A stretch of DNA of 64,000 nt from Motiliproteus sp. GTDB lineage: Bacteria > Pseudomonadota > Gammaproteobacteria > Pseudomonadales > Balneatricaceae. The stretch covers positions 765,194 to 829,193 of the forward strand of contig NZ_OZ246016.1 of NCBI RefSeq assembly GCF_965230735.1. Reading direction: 5' to 3'. A program made the position numbers and the translations under genes. The stretch's first letter is position 1, and each line of letters opens with the position of its first letter. Shown here one piece after another: positions 39,475 to 48,192 of the stretch. Below the pieces are notes generated by a model, which was given only the letters and a program-made list of their open reading frames with translations, ran no database searches and was not told the origin of the DNA.

Positions 39475-40821
39475 GTGTTGCGACTGCGGATCCCCTACTC
39501 CCTCAATGCCCGTCTCGGGCTGGCGTCCTGTCTACTGCTGCCGCTGATTATCGGCCTGACCGCGCTGATTCTGGATCAGGCCTACAGCCGCAGTCTGGAG
39601 CAGACGGTGCGCGAGCGGCTGGAGCTGCAGACCTACGTGCTGTTGGGCGCCGCCGAAGCCGGTGGCGGGGTGTTGTGGATGCCGCCAAGCCTGCAGGAAC
39701 CGCGTTTCAGTCAACCCGGCTCCGGTCTGTTCGGGCTGGTCAGCGATGCCGACGGCAAGCTGCTGTGGCGCTCCGAGTCCAGTCTCGGGGCGGAGCTGCA
39801 ACCGCTGCAATCCAAGCCCGAGCCGGGACAGGCGTTGTTCGGGGTCGATGATATGGGGTTGTTCTTCTACAGCTACCGGGTGTTGTGGGAAATCGAGTCC
39901 GGGCAGGTGACCGAATTTGTTTTCAGCACCCTAGAGCGACCGGATCGTTTTCGGGCCGCGCTACGCGAGTTTCGATTCCACCTGTGGAGTGGACTGGCGT
40001 TGTTGGGCTTGCTGCTGTTGGCAGCCCAGGCGCTGCTGATGCGCTGGGGATTACAGCCGTTGCAGCAGATGGCTCAGGACATCAAATCGATGGAGACCGG
40101 CGATCAGAACCAATTGGAGGGACGCTACCCCCAGGAGGTTCAGCCGCTGACCCACAACCTCAACCTGCTACTGGAAACCGAACGCGGCCGACGCCAGCGT
40201 TACCGCAACACCCTGGCCGATCTGGCCCACAGTCTCAAAACGCCGCTGGCGGTGATGCGGAATGAAGTGGAGACGGATCGATCTGCGCCGACCAACACCG
40301 AGCTGCTGCAACAGCAGGTGGATCGAATGGAGCAGATCATCAATCACCAGCTCGGTCGGGCCGGTTCGGCATCGGCGCAAAAACTGTTGCAACGCACCCA
40401 GGTTCGCCCGGTAGCCGAGCGTATCGGTCTGGTGATGGCCAAGGTCTATCCGGATAACTACCGTAGTTTCGAGGTGATCGGCGAAGACGAGTCTTTTACC
40501 GGCGACGAGCGGGACCTGATGGAGATGCTCGGCAACCTGATCGACAACGGATTTAAGTATGGCGCCGGCCGGGTTCAGGTACAGATCGAGACCGGAGCGC
40601 AGCAGTTGTTGATTCGGATCGAGGACGACGGCCCGGGGGTGGCCGACGAGCTGGGTGAGCTGATCATTCAGCGGGGCACCCGCGCCGATTCGATCGCACC
40701 TGGGCAGGGTATCGGCCTGTCTGTGTTGCGCGATATTCTCAGCAGCTACGGCGGCACCCTGACCCTGGGGCGCAGCGAAAGCCTCGGCGGCGCCAGTTTC
40801 TGTCTGCAATTGCCCCGCTAG
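39475..40821 (+). CDS. Sensor histidine kinase (PhoQ-like)
   Basis: Two TM, HAMP, LAHSLKTPL, GNLIDNGFKY, EDDGPG, GQGIGL. Confidence 0.93.
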   Translation: MLRLRIPYSLNARLGLASCLLLPLIIGLTALILDQAYSRSLEQTVRERLELQTYVLLGAAEAGGGVLWMPPSLQEPRFSQPGSGLFGLVSDADGKLLWRSESSLGAELQPLQSKPEPGQALFGVDDMGLFFYSYRVLWEIESGQVTEFVFSTLERPDRFRAALREFRFHLWSGLALLGLLLLAAQALLMRWGLQPLQQMAQDIKSMETGDQNQLEGRYPQEVQPLTHNLNLLLETERGRRQRYRNTLADLAHSLKTPLAVMRNEVETDRSAPTNTELLQQQVDRMEQIINHQLGRAGSASAQKLLQRTQVRPVAERIGLVMAKVYPDNYRSFEVIGEDESFTGDERDLMEMLGNLIDNGFKYGAGRVQVQIETGAQQLLIRIEDDGPGVADELGELIIQRGTRADSIAPGQGIGLSVLRDILSSYGGTLTLGRSESLGGASFCLQLPR

Positions 40822-40845
40822 TCGGGGCGGTTCGGCTTTGGCGAC

Positions 40846-42234
40846 TCAGCCCAGACTCTTCTCAAACACCTTGGAATTACGCTGCAGGTTGTAGAGCGCC
40901 TGCTTGCCTTTGGGTAGAGTGCTCAGATCCGCCTCGACAAAGCCGCGTTCCTGAAACCAGTGGGCGGTGCGGGTGGTAAGCACAAACAACCGCTCGATTC
41001 CCTGAGCACGGGCCTGCTGTTCGATCTGGCTCAGCATCCGGTCCCCCCGGTTGCCACCACGATAGTCGTCGCTGACCGCCACGCAGGCTAGCTCGGCCGA
41101 GCCATCCTGGTAGGGGTAGAGCGCCGCGCAGCCGATGATGCTGTTGTCACGTTCGACCAGCACGAAGCGGTCGATCTCGGTCTCCAGCAGTTCGCGCGAG
41201 CGCCGAACTAGCACCCCGCGCTCCTCCAGCGGCCGGATCAGTTCCAGAATCCCGCCGACATCGTCGATGCCGGCCTGGCGTACCTGCTCGTAGCTCTCCT
41301 GCAGCACCATGGTGCCGGTGCCGTCGCGGGTAAACAGCTCCAGCAGCAGCGCCCCATCCTGGTGGTAGCTGATCAGGTGGCCGCGATCGACCCCGCCGTG
41401 GCAGGCGGTGGTCACGGCGGTCAGTTGGCGGGCCAGCTGGCTATGGGGTTGCTGCGAATCGGTCAGTCCGTCCAGATATTGCTGCAGCAACCGTTCGGCG
41501 GCCTTGGTCAGCAGTTCGGAGTGCTGTTGGCCGCTGTCATGGACGATGCCATTATCCTCGCCGAAGCAGATCAGCTTGTCGGCTTTCAGTGCGATCGCCA
41601 CTTGGGCGGCGACGTCTTCGATCGCCAGGTTGAACACTTCGCCGGTGGGGGAGTAGCCCAGGTTGGACAGCAGCACCATCGAGCCCTGATCGAGTAGATG
41701 GTTGATCGAGCTGCTATCGACCCGACGCACTTCACCGGTGTGGCAGTAGTCGACGCCGTCGACCACACCCAGGGGTTTGGCGGCGATAAAGTTACCGCTG
41801 CACACCCGCAATTTGGCCCCGTGCATCGGCGAGTTGGGTAGGCCCATCGACAGCCGCGCTTCGATATCGGTCCGCAGTCCGCCGATCACCTCTTTGACGC
41901 ACTCCAGGGTTGGCCCGTCGGTAATTCGCAGGTGCCGGTGCAGTTGGGACTTGATTCCCCGTTGGGCTAGTTGCGATTCGATCTGCGGGCGACCGCCATG
42001 GACGATCACCAGGCGGAGACCGAGGCTGTTGAGCAGCGCCAGGTCGTTGGCAATGTTATTGAATTTGCCGTCGGTCAGGGCATCGCCGTCGAGCAGCAAC
42101 ACCAGGGTCTTACCGCGATGGGCATTGATGTACGGCGAGCAGTGACGGAAGAACTCGACGTAGTTCGCGTTAGCGTTGGCGCTGGGATTGGTGCCGGCGC
42201 CTGGGTTGGCGATAGTAGCGCTGACTTGGCTCAC
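40846..42234 (-). CDS. argA: Amino-acid N-acetyltransferase (N-acetylglutamate synthase)
   Basis: PYINAHRGKT, VHGGRPQI, GNFIAAKPLG, ELFTRDGTGT; C-terminal GNAT domain LFVLTTRTAHWF. Confidence 0.95.
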   Translation of the reverse strand: MSQVSATIANPGAGTNPSANANANYVEFFRHCSPYINAHRGKTLVLLLDGDALTDGKFNNIANDLALLNSLGLRLVIVHGGRPQIESQLAQRGIKSQLHRHLRITDGPTLECVKEVIGGLRTDIEARLSMGLPNSPMHGAKLRVCSGNFIAAKPLGVVDGVDYCHTGEVRRVDSSSINHLLDQGSMVLLSNLGYSPTGEVFNLAIEDVAAQVAIALKADKLICFGEDNGIVHDSGQQHSELLTKAAERLLQQYLDGLTDSQQPHSQLARQLTAVTTACHGGVDRGHLISYHQDGALLLELFTRDGTGTMVLQESYEQVRQAGIDDVGGILELIRPLEERGVLVRRSRELLETEIDRFVLVERDNSIIGCAALYPYQDGSAELACVAVSDDYRGGNRGDRMLSQIEQQARAQGIERLFVLTTRTAHWFQERGFVEADLSTLPKGKQALYNLQRNSKVFEKSLG

Positions 42235-43415
42235 GCGCGGGGTTCCTCCTGAACGGCTGGCTGGAGTGACAGACAGCTATCGATTATCAGTTGTTGCAAC
42301 AGCTCAACGGTGGGCTGGATCTGGTCGAAGGCCAAAAACTCATCCGGTTGATGGGCCTGGTCGATCGAACCGGGCCCGAGCACAATGGTATCCATCCCCA
42401 GTTGTTGCATAAAGGGGGCTTCGGTGCCGAACGCGACGGTTTCTGCCGGTTTTCCGGTGAGTTTTTCGGCTAAGCGAACCAGCTCGGAATCCGGCTGATT
42501 GTTGAATGCGGGGATTCCGGGAAATAGCGATTTGGCCTCGAGTTTAACCCCGAGATCGGCGGCGATCGGCGCCAAACGGTGCTTGATCTGATCTCTTAGC
42601 GCCTCAAGCTCCATCCCCGGCAGTGGCCGCAGATCGAAATCCATCTCACAGTGGCCGCAGATCCGATTGGGATTATCGCCACCATGGATACAGCCGAGAT
42701 TGAGGGTCGGGACCGCGACTTCGAAGGCGTCGTTCTGGTATTGCAGTTGCAGCTCCTGGCGGAATTGGAGCAACTCGGCGATCAGTCGGTGCATCGCTTC
42801 CATCGCATTGTTGCCCAATGCCGGATTAGAGGAGTGGCCGGCCCGACCGGTGAGTCGCACCCGCTCCATCATCATGCCCTTATGCAGGTAGACCGGCTTC
42901 AGTCCGGTCGGCTCGCCGATCACCGCCCGGCGGGCTTTGGGTTTACCGGCCAGCGCCAGCGCCCGGGCACCGGACATGCTGGTCTCCTCGTCGGCGGTCG
43001 CCAGGATGATCAGTGGCTGCTGCAGCGGTTGGTCGACAAACTGCCGGGCTGCTTCGATCGCGAGGGCGAAAAAGCCCTTCATGTCACAGCTGCCCAGGCC
43101 ATAGAAGCGCTGGTCATGCTCGGTCAGCTTGAACGGATTGTGGTTCCAGCGTCCGGCATCAAAGGGCACGGTGTCGGTGTGGCCCGACAGCACCAGGCCG
43201 CCGGAGCCGCTGCCGAGAGTGGCGATCAGGTTGGCTTTGCCGGGATGACCCTCGACCGGCAATACCTCGGTGTGAAATCCCAATCCATCGAGCCAGCCTT
43301 CGAGCTTCTCGATTACCGCCAGGTTGCTGGTGTCGAGCTCGTCCAGGGTCGAGCTGATCGACGGCGTGGCGATCAACTGTTGCAGCATCTCGGTTAACGA
43401 GGGAACGGCGTTCAT
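42231..43415 (-). CDS. argE: Acetylornithine deacetylase
   Basis: SGHTDTVP, GSCDMKGF, ADEE, GEPT, NRICG, FGTEAP, AHQPDE. Confidence 0.93.
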   Translation of the reverse strand: MNAVPSLTEMLQQLIATPSISSTLDELDTSNLAVIEKLEGWLDGLGFHTEVLPVEGHPGKANLIATLGSGSGGLVLSGHTDTVPFDAGRWNHNPFKLTEHDQRFYGLGSCDMKGFFALAIEAARQFVDQPLQQPLIILATADEETSMSGARALALAGKPKARRAVIGEPTGLKPVYLHKGMMMERVRLTGRAGHSSNPALGNNAMEAMHRLIAELLQFRQELQLQYQNDAFEVAVPTLNLGCIHGGDNPNRICGHCEMDFDLRPLPGMELEALRDQIKHRLAPIAADLGVKLEAKSLFPGIPAFNNQPDSELVRLAEKLTGKPAETVAFGTEAPFMQQLGMDTIVLGPGSIDQAHQPDEFLAFDQIQPTVELLQQLIIDSCLSLQPAVQEEPRA

Positions 43416-43508
43416 GGGGTGACCCGGCAATCAGTGGCTAATTCACTATTCTGCCGCCATCGGGGCGCAAAAATAAAGGTTCTTCACGGATTGGCGGGGG
43501 ATTGGGTG

Positions 43509-44369
43509 CTATTGCGACGGCTTGGCGAAGGATTTGAGATACACAGCAATGGCGGCACGGTCCGCTTCGCTCAGCTGCGAGGTGCTGTTGTCGACCACTT
43601 TGCCCATCGAGCCGCTGAAGAAATCACCGTCGAGCATCATCCCGGTTTCCAGCGCAAAGCGGATATCTTCATCCTGCCAATGCCCGAACTCAGGATTGCT
43701 GTTGGCGGTCAATCCCGGCACCGATTCGCCTTCCGGTCCGTCGGGAGTGCCCTCGAGTAGACGCTTCCGCTCCAGCCCGCCCAGCCAGGTCCGAGGGCTG
43801 TGGCATTCGACACAGTGGGCGGGGCCGTTGACGAGATAGGCGCCACGGTTCCATTGCGCGCTCTGATCCGGGGAGGGTTGAAAGCGCCGATCGTCGAGGT
43901 AGAGCCATTTCCACAGCCCCAACAGACTGCGGTAGCGGTACGGGAAGTTGAGCTGGTGCGGTTTCGACGGCTCGGCACTGGCGGGTTGGCTGTCGAGGTA
44001 GGCCTTCAGGTCGTGCAGTTCGGCGTCGCTCATCAGGCTGTAGGCGGTATAGGGAAAAGCGGGGTAATAGTGCTCACCCTCGGGGCTGATCCCCCGACGC
44101 ATGGCGCGGATAAAGTCTGCGTCGCTCCAGGCGCCGATACCTTGCTGCGGATCGGCGCTGATATTGGGGGTGTAGAAGGTGCCGAACGGTGTGGCCATCG
44201 CCAGGCCACCGGCCAACGGTGCTCCACCATTGTCGGCATCGGTGTGGCAGGAGGCGCAGCCACCGAGGGCGAACAGGTAGGCACCGCGCTGGATGGCGGC
44301 TGGGTCAGCCTGGGCTGTCGGTACCAGTAGCAGCGTCAACAGTAGAATTAAGCCGGAGCGTCGGATCAT
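43509..44369 (-). CDS. Diheme cytochrome c
   Basis: Signal peptide; CASCH and CVECH; TPFGTFYTPNIS, YYPAFPY. Confidence 0.88.
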   Translation of the reverse strand: MIRRSGLILLLTLLLVPTAQADPAAIQRGAYLFALGGCASCHTDADNGGAPLAGGLAMATPFGTFYTPNISADPQQGIGAWSDADFIRAMRRGISPEGEHYYPAFPYTAYSLMSDAELHDLKAYLDSQPASAEPSKPHQLNFPYRYRSLLGLWKWLYLDDRRFQPSPDQSAQWNRGAYLVNGPAHCVECHSPRTWLGGLERKRLLEGTPDGPEGESVPGLTANSNPEFGHWQDEDIRFALETGMMLDGDFFSGSMGKVVDNSTSQLSEADRAAIAVYLKSFAKPSQ

Positions 44370-44833
44370 TTTTTCGGTTTACGGAAGTCGGTATGGCAGC
44401 CTTTGCAGCTCTTGCCCAGCAGCACGAACTGCTTGCGAAGGGCTTTGAAGTCCGCCTCTTGAGCGGCAAGATCGGCCAACCGCTGAGCTTCGCCACGACT
44501 GGTTTCGGCCTGCTGCTCGAACTTGGGCCACTGTTGCCAGATCTTCGGCAACGCTTCGGATTTTCCGGTGGCCGAACCTTCCGGGAACATCATCAGCAGA
44601 TGCTGGTTATGTTCCAGAATCGTGGCCGAGCCTCGGCTGAAGGTCTCCAACTCGAACGGCTGCTTACCTTTGACGATCGCCGACATCGCTTTCATGGCAT
44701 CGCCCATCGCTTTCATCGAATCCATCCGCTCTTTGACGATCCCGGTGGCCCCCTGGTGGGCCTGTACAGCCAGAGAGCCCGACAGCAGCAGGCCGGCTAG
44801 GGTGGTAAGCAGAGTGGTGTGGCGTCGAGACAT
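44366..44833 (-). CDS. Cytochrome c' / c-556 (class II)
   Basis: ATG 44833; signal peptide; FPEGS, IWQQWPKF, C-terminal CKGCH. Confidence 0.88.
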   Translation of the reverse strand: MSRRHTTLLTTLAGLLLSGSLAVQAHQGATGIVKERMDSMKAMGDAMKAMSAIVKGKQPFELETFSRGSATILEHNQHLLMMFPEGSATGKSEALPKIWQQWPKFEQQAETSRGEAQRLADLAAQEADFKALRKQFVLLGKSCKGCHTDFRKPKK

Positions 44834-44896
44834 CGGGGAGTCCTTTAAATCAATAACGGGTGGGTTTTGGGATGAAGGTAGAACGATTGATTCGCC

Positions 44897-44948
44897 GCTG
44901 CAATCAAAAGCTGCAACCCATCGCTGCAACAAATAGCCGCAACCAATA
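44897..44948. repeat. Four direct repeats with 13-bp period (GCTGCAA core) upstream of cytochrome c'
   Basis: GCTGCAA at 44897, 44910 and 44923; GCCGCAA at 44936. Confidence 0.7.
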
Positions 44949-44983
44949 AAAACGGCGGAGAGCTTTCGCTGTCCGCCGTTACT
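44948..44983 (-). terminator. Terminator after pit
   Basis: AACGGCGGA...TCCGCCGTT stem with an A-tract on the + strand. Confidence 0.65.
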
Positions 44984-45012
44984 GGATCTAATGTTGCCTG
45001 GATGGCTAAGCC

Positions 45013-46278
45013 TTAGGCGAAGATCCCCTTCAGGGTGAAGAAGATCAGGATCGCCAGACCGGCACCAGCCGGCAGGGTCACGATCCAGGACATGAAGATG
45101 GTGCCGACGACGCGCAGGTTCAGCGCCGACAGACCACGGGCGATACCCACACCCAGTACCGCACCCACCAGGGTGTGGGTGGTGGAGATCGGCAGACCGG
45201 TACCGGAGGCGATAACCACGGTGGTGGCCGCCGCCAGGGTTGCGGCAAAACCGCGGCTCGGGGTCAGTTCGGTGATGTTGTTACCGACGGTGGCGATAAC
45301 CTTGTGGCCGTACATGATCAGGCCGAGAACAATACCGCCGCCGCCGAGCAGCAGAATCCAGGACGGCATGGCGCTCTTCTGGGCGATCTCACCACCGGCA
45401 CCGACGATGCTGACAACCGCAGCCAGCGGGCCAACGGCGTTGGCCACGTCGTTGGAGCCGTGGGCGAAGGCCATCGCACAGGCGGTAAACATCATCAGTA
45501 CGCCGAACACCTTCTCCACGCTGGTGAAGTGGTAGTCACGGTTTTCCTCTTCGGTTTGAGTGATGCTTTTTTGCAGGTGCTTGGCCAGGAAGAACACCAC
45601 CAGGCCGGCAACGACAGAATACAGCGCCGCCTCACCGAAGCTGACGCCCAGGCCGATATGCTTGAGACCCTTGGTAAAGGTCACCATCGCGATGATGTAA
45701 CCGACCAGGAAGCTGTAGACCGGCACGTATTTTTTGGCGTTGGCGAACGGGTCCGCCGTGTCCATTATCAATTTCTGCACCGATCGGAACAGCAGATAAC
45801 CGAGGCTACCCGCGAGTACCGGCGAGACCACCCAGCTGGCGACGATCTTGCCGACCTTGCCCCAGGCCACCGCATCGACGGAGATACCCACGGCGGCAAA
45901 GCCAACCACGGCACCGACGATGGAGTGGGTGGTGGAGACCGGCCAACCGAAGTGGGTCGCGATCAGCAGCCAGATACCGGCGGCCAGCAGAGCGGCGATC
46001 ATGCCGAATACCAGCAGTTCCGGCGTGCCACTGAGCATGCTCGGATCGATGATCCCTTTACGGATCGTTTTGGTGACTTCGCCACCGGCCAGGTAGGCAC
46101 CGGCGAATTCGAAGATGATGGCGATCATAATCGCCTGCTTGATGGTCAGCGCCTTGGAGCCGACTGAGGTACCCATAGCGTTGGCCACGTCGTTGGCACC
46201 AACGCCCCAGGCCATAAAGAAACCAACCACACAGGCAAGGATGACGAGTACGTCACCGTACTGGCTAATAATTTCCAT
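45013..46278 (-). CDS. PiT family inorganic phosphate transporter
   Basis: GANDVANAMGTSVG, PVSTTHS, HGSNDVANA, GLPISTTH. Confidence 0.95.
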   Translation of the reverse strand: MEIISQYGDVLVILACVVGFFMAWGVGANDVANAMGTSVGSKALTIKQAIMIAIIFEFAGAYLAGGEVTKTIRKGIIDPSMLSGTPELLVFGMIAALLAAGIWLLIATHFGWPVSTTHSIVGAVVGFAAVGISVDAVAWGKVGKIVASWVVSPVLAGSLGYLLFRSVQKLIMDTADPFANAKKYVPVYSFLVGYIIAMVTFTKGLKHIGLGVSFGEAALYSVVAGLVVFFLAKHLQKSITQTEEENRDYHFTSVEKVFGVLMMFTACAMAFAHGSNDVANAVGPLAAVVSIVGAGGEIAQKSAMPSWILLLGGGGIVLGLIMYGHKVIATVGNNITELTPSRGFAATLAAATTVVIASGTGLPISTTHTLVGAVLGVGIARGLSALNLRVVGTIFMSWIVTLPAGAGLAILIFFTLKGIFA

Positions 46279-46298
46279 GATCTTTCCTCGGAAGTGTT

Positions 46299-46979
46299 CT
46301 AGCGGGCCAGCAATAGCTGGAAGCGACTACCTACCTGCTCGGCCCGGTCGGCCAGTTCACCGACCCAGTCGATGACCTTGTACAGGAACATAACGTCGAT
46401 GGGAGGAAGATCCTTTTCCAGTTCGAACAGTTGATGACGCAGCTGTCGTTCACGCTCATCGGTGGCGGTTTCCAGCTCGTCCAGGCGAGTGATGATCTTC
46501 TCCACCACGTCAGCCTCGCGACCACGGAAGCCGGTGGCGACCAGCTCGTCCAGTTCGTTCAGTGCCTGAACCGCCTGTTCACAAACGGCGATGGAGCCCT
46601 TCAGGTACTCCATCATCAGATCGGCCATGCTAGCCGGAATCTGCATTTGGCGGCCCAGCATGATGCCGGCAATGTCCTTGGCCTTATTGGCGATCTGGTC
46701 CTGCATCCGTAGCAGTTCCAACAGATCGGAACGCGGCACCGGCATAAACAGGCTCTTGGGCAGGTGCTGACGCAGGTCCTGCTTGAGCGTGTCGGCTTCG
46801 TGTTCAAGATCACTGATGCGCTGCTGGGCTTTCTCGGCCTGGTTCCAATCCTGGCTCAACACTGCGTCGAAGAAGGGGATCAGCTCAACAGCACAGCTAT
46901 GGGCCTTCTCGATATGGGTCTGCAGCGGTTTAACCGGAGATTGGGCAAACATGTTTAGAAAGGAACTGTTTGCAACCAT
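46299..46979 (-). CDS. TIGR00153/DUF47 (PhoU-like) phosphate transport regulator
   Basis: LEHEADTLK, LFMPVPRSDLL, LPPIDVMFLY, LADRAE; directly upstream of pit. Confidence 0.9.
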   Translation of the reverse strand: MVANSSFLNMFAQSPVKPLQTHIEKAHSCAVELIPFFDAVLSQDWNQAEKAQQRISDLEHEADTLKQDLRQHLPKSLFMPVPRSDLLELLRMQDQIANKAKDIAGIMLGRQMQIPASMADLMMEYLKGSIAVCEQAVQALNELDELVATGFRGREADVVEKIITRLDELETATDERERQLRHQLFELEKDLPPIDVMFLYKVIDWVGELADRAEQVGSRFQLLLAR

Positions 46980-47027
46980 AGTGAACCACCTCTAGGGTTA
47001 GAAAATTTGGCGCAAGTATAAGGTCGG

Positions 47028-47100
47028 CTGTCATCGTTTTGTAGCTTTTTTACACAAATAAATTCAGCCAACTTTCACCCAATTGTCATCAAAATGTCAC
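47028..47100 (+). promoter_or_regulatory. Phased Pho-box (PhoB) array
   Basis: CTGTCAT 47028, TTGTAGC 47039, CTTTCAC 47072, TTGTCAT 47083 and ATGTCAC 47094 all fall on an 11-bp register. Confidence 0.6.
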
Positions 47101-47154
47101 AATTGATATACATCAGACGCTAACCGGTTTTTGTTGTCAGCATGGAGGCCAATC

Positions 47155-48111
47155 ATGCCCAGTGAGATCGAGCTGAAACTCAGCCTTCCGGTGGACGCCC
47201 AGCAACTGTTCGCGGAGCTGCCTCTGCTACAACAGTATAGCGATGGCGTGCGCCAGGATTCGTTGCTCAACTGCTACTTCGATACACCCGATCAGCAGCT
47301 GAATCGACACCGGGTGGCGTTACGGATTCGCCGCATCGGCGAGCGGTTTATCCAAACCCTGAAAACCCGAGGCAGCAGCCAGGGGGGACTGCACCAGCGG
47401 CAGGAGTGGGAGTGGGATGTGGCGGGTGAACAGTTGGAGCTGGATAAACTACCGGCTGAGGCACTGCCCCAGGATATCCCGCTGCAACAGCTGGGTGCCG
47501 CCTTCAACACCGACTTTCAACGCACCAGTTGGCAGCTGAGTTATCCCTATCAAGGCCAGACAACCCAGATCGAGCTGGTGCTGGACCAGGGCCAGGTCAT
47601 CGCTGCCGGTCGGCATGATCCGATCAGTGAGATCGAGCTGGAGCTCAAGCAGGGTGAAACCGGTGCGCTGTTCGACCTGGCTGAAAAGTTGGCCGATCAG
47701 GTGCCGTTGCGTGTCAGTCGGATCAGCAAAGCCGAAAAAGGTTACCGATTGCATAGCCCGGATCGGGCTCGTCCGGTGCCGCCGTTGCCGGAGTCGACCG
47801 CGGAATCCGATGATCCGGCGGTAGTCGGGCAACTGATCGAACGGTTGCAGGCGCTGCTGGAGCTGTTCGAGTTCAATGCTGATGCGCAACTGTTGCCCCA
47901 GGCGCAACAATGTCTGCAGGGATTACACCGGCAGCTGGCCGAAGCCCAGCCGTCACTGGGTCAATTGCTGCTGGAGCAGGGCAAACGGCTACACAGTCTG
48001 CTTGAGGTGACGTACGATTGGGAGAGTTGCCAGCAGTGGCTTCATAGCCGTGACCTGGGTGTCTGCCTGCTGCGTCTCAGCCGCTGGCTGTATCAACAAT
48101 CTCAGGGCTGA
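47155..48111 (+). CDS. CYTH-domain protein (YgiF-like inorganic triphosphatase)
   Basis: EIELKL, YFDTPD, LRIRR, QTLKT, EWE, FQRTSW, EIELELK, SKAEKGY. Confidence 0.88.
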   Translation: MPSEIELKLSLPVDAQQLFAELPLLQQYSDGVRQDSLLNCYFDTPDQQLNRHRVALRIRRIGERFIQTLKTRGSSQGGLHQRQEWEWDVAGEQLELDKLPAEALPQDIPLQQLGAAFNTDFQRTSWQLSYPYQGQTTQIELVLDQGQVIAAGRHDPISEIELELKQGETGALFDLAEKLADQVPLRVSRISKAEKGYRLHSPDRARPVPPLPESTAESDDPAVVGQLIERLQALLELFEFNADAQLLPQAQQCLQGLHRQLAEAQPSLGQLLLEQGKRLHSLLEVTYDWESCQQWLHSRDLGVCLLRLSRWLYQQSQG

Positions 48112-48192
48112 TCGAACCTCTCGTTTGGCCCGACCGCTTTACCAGCCTTCGGCGGGCGCCGCCCGCCACCCGGCACGATCAAAGGATGAACC

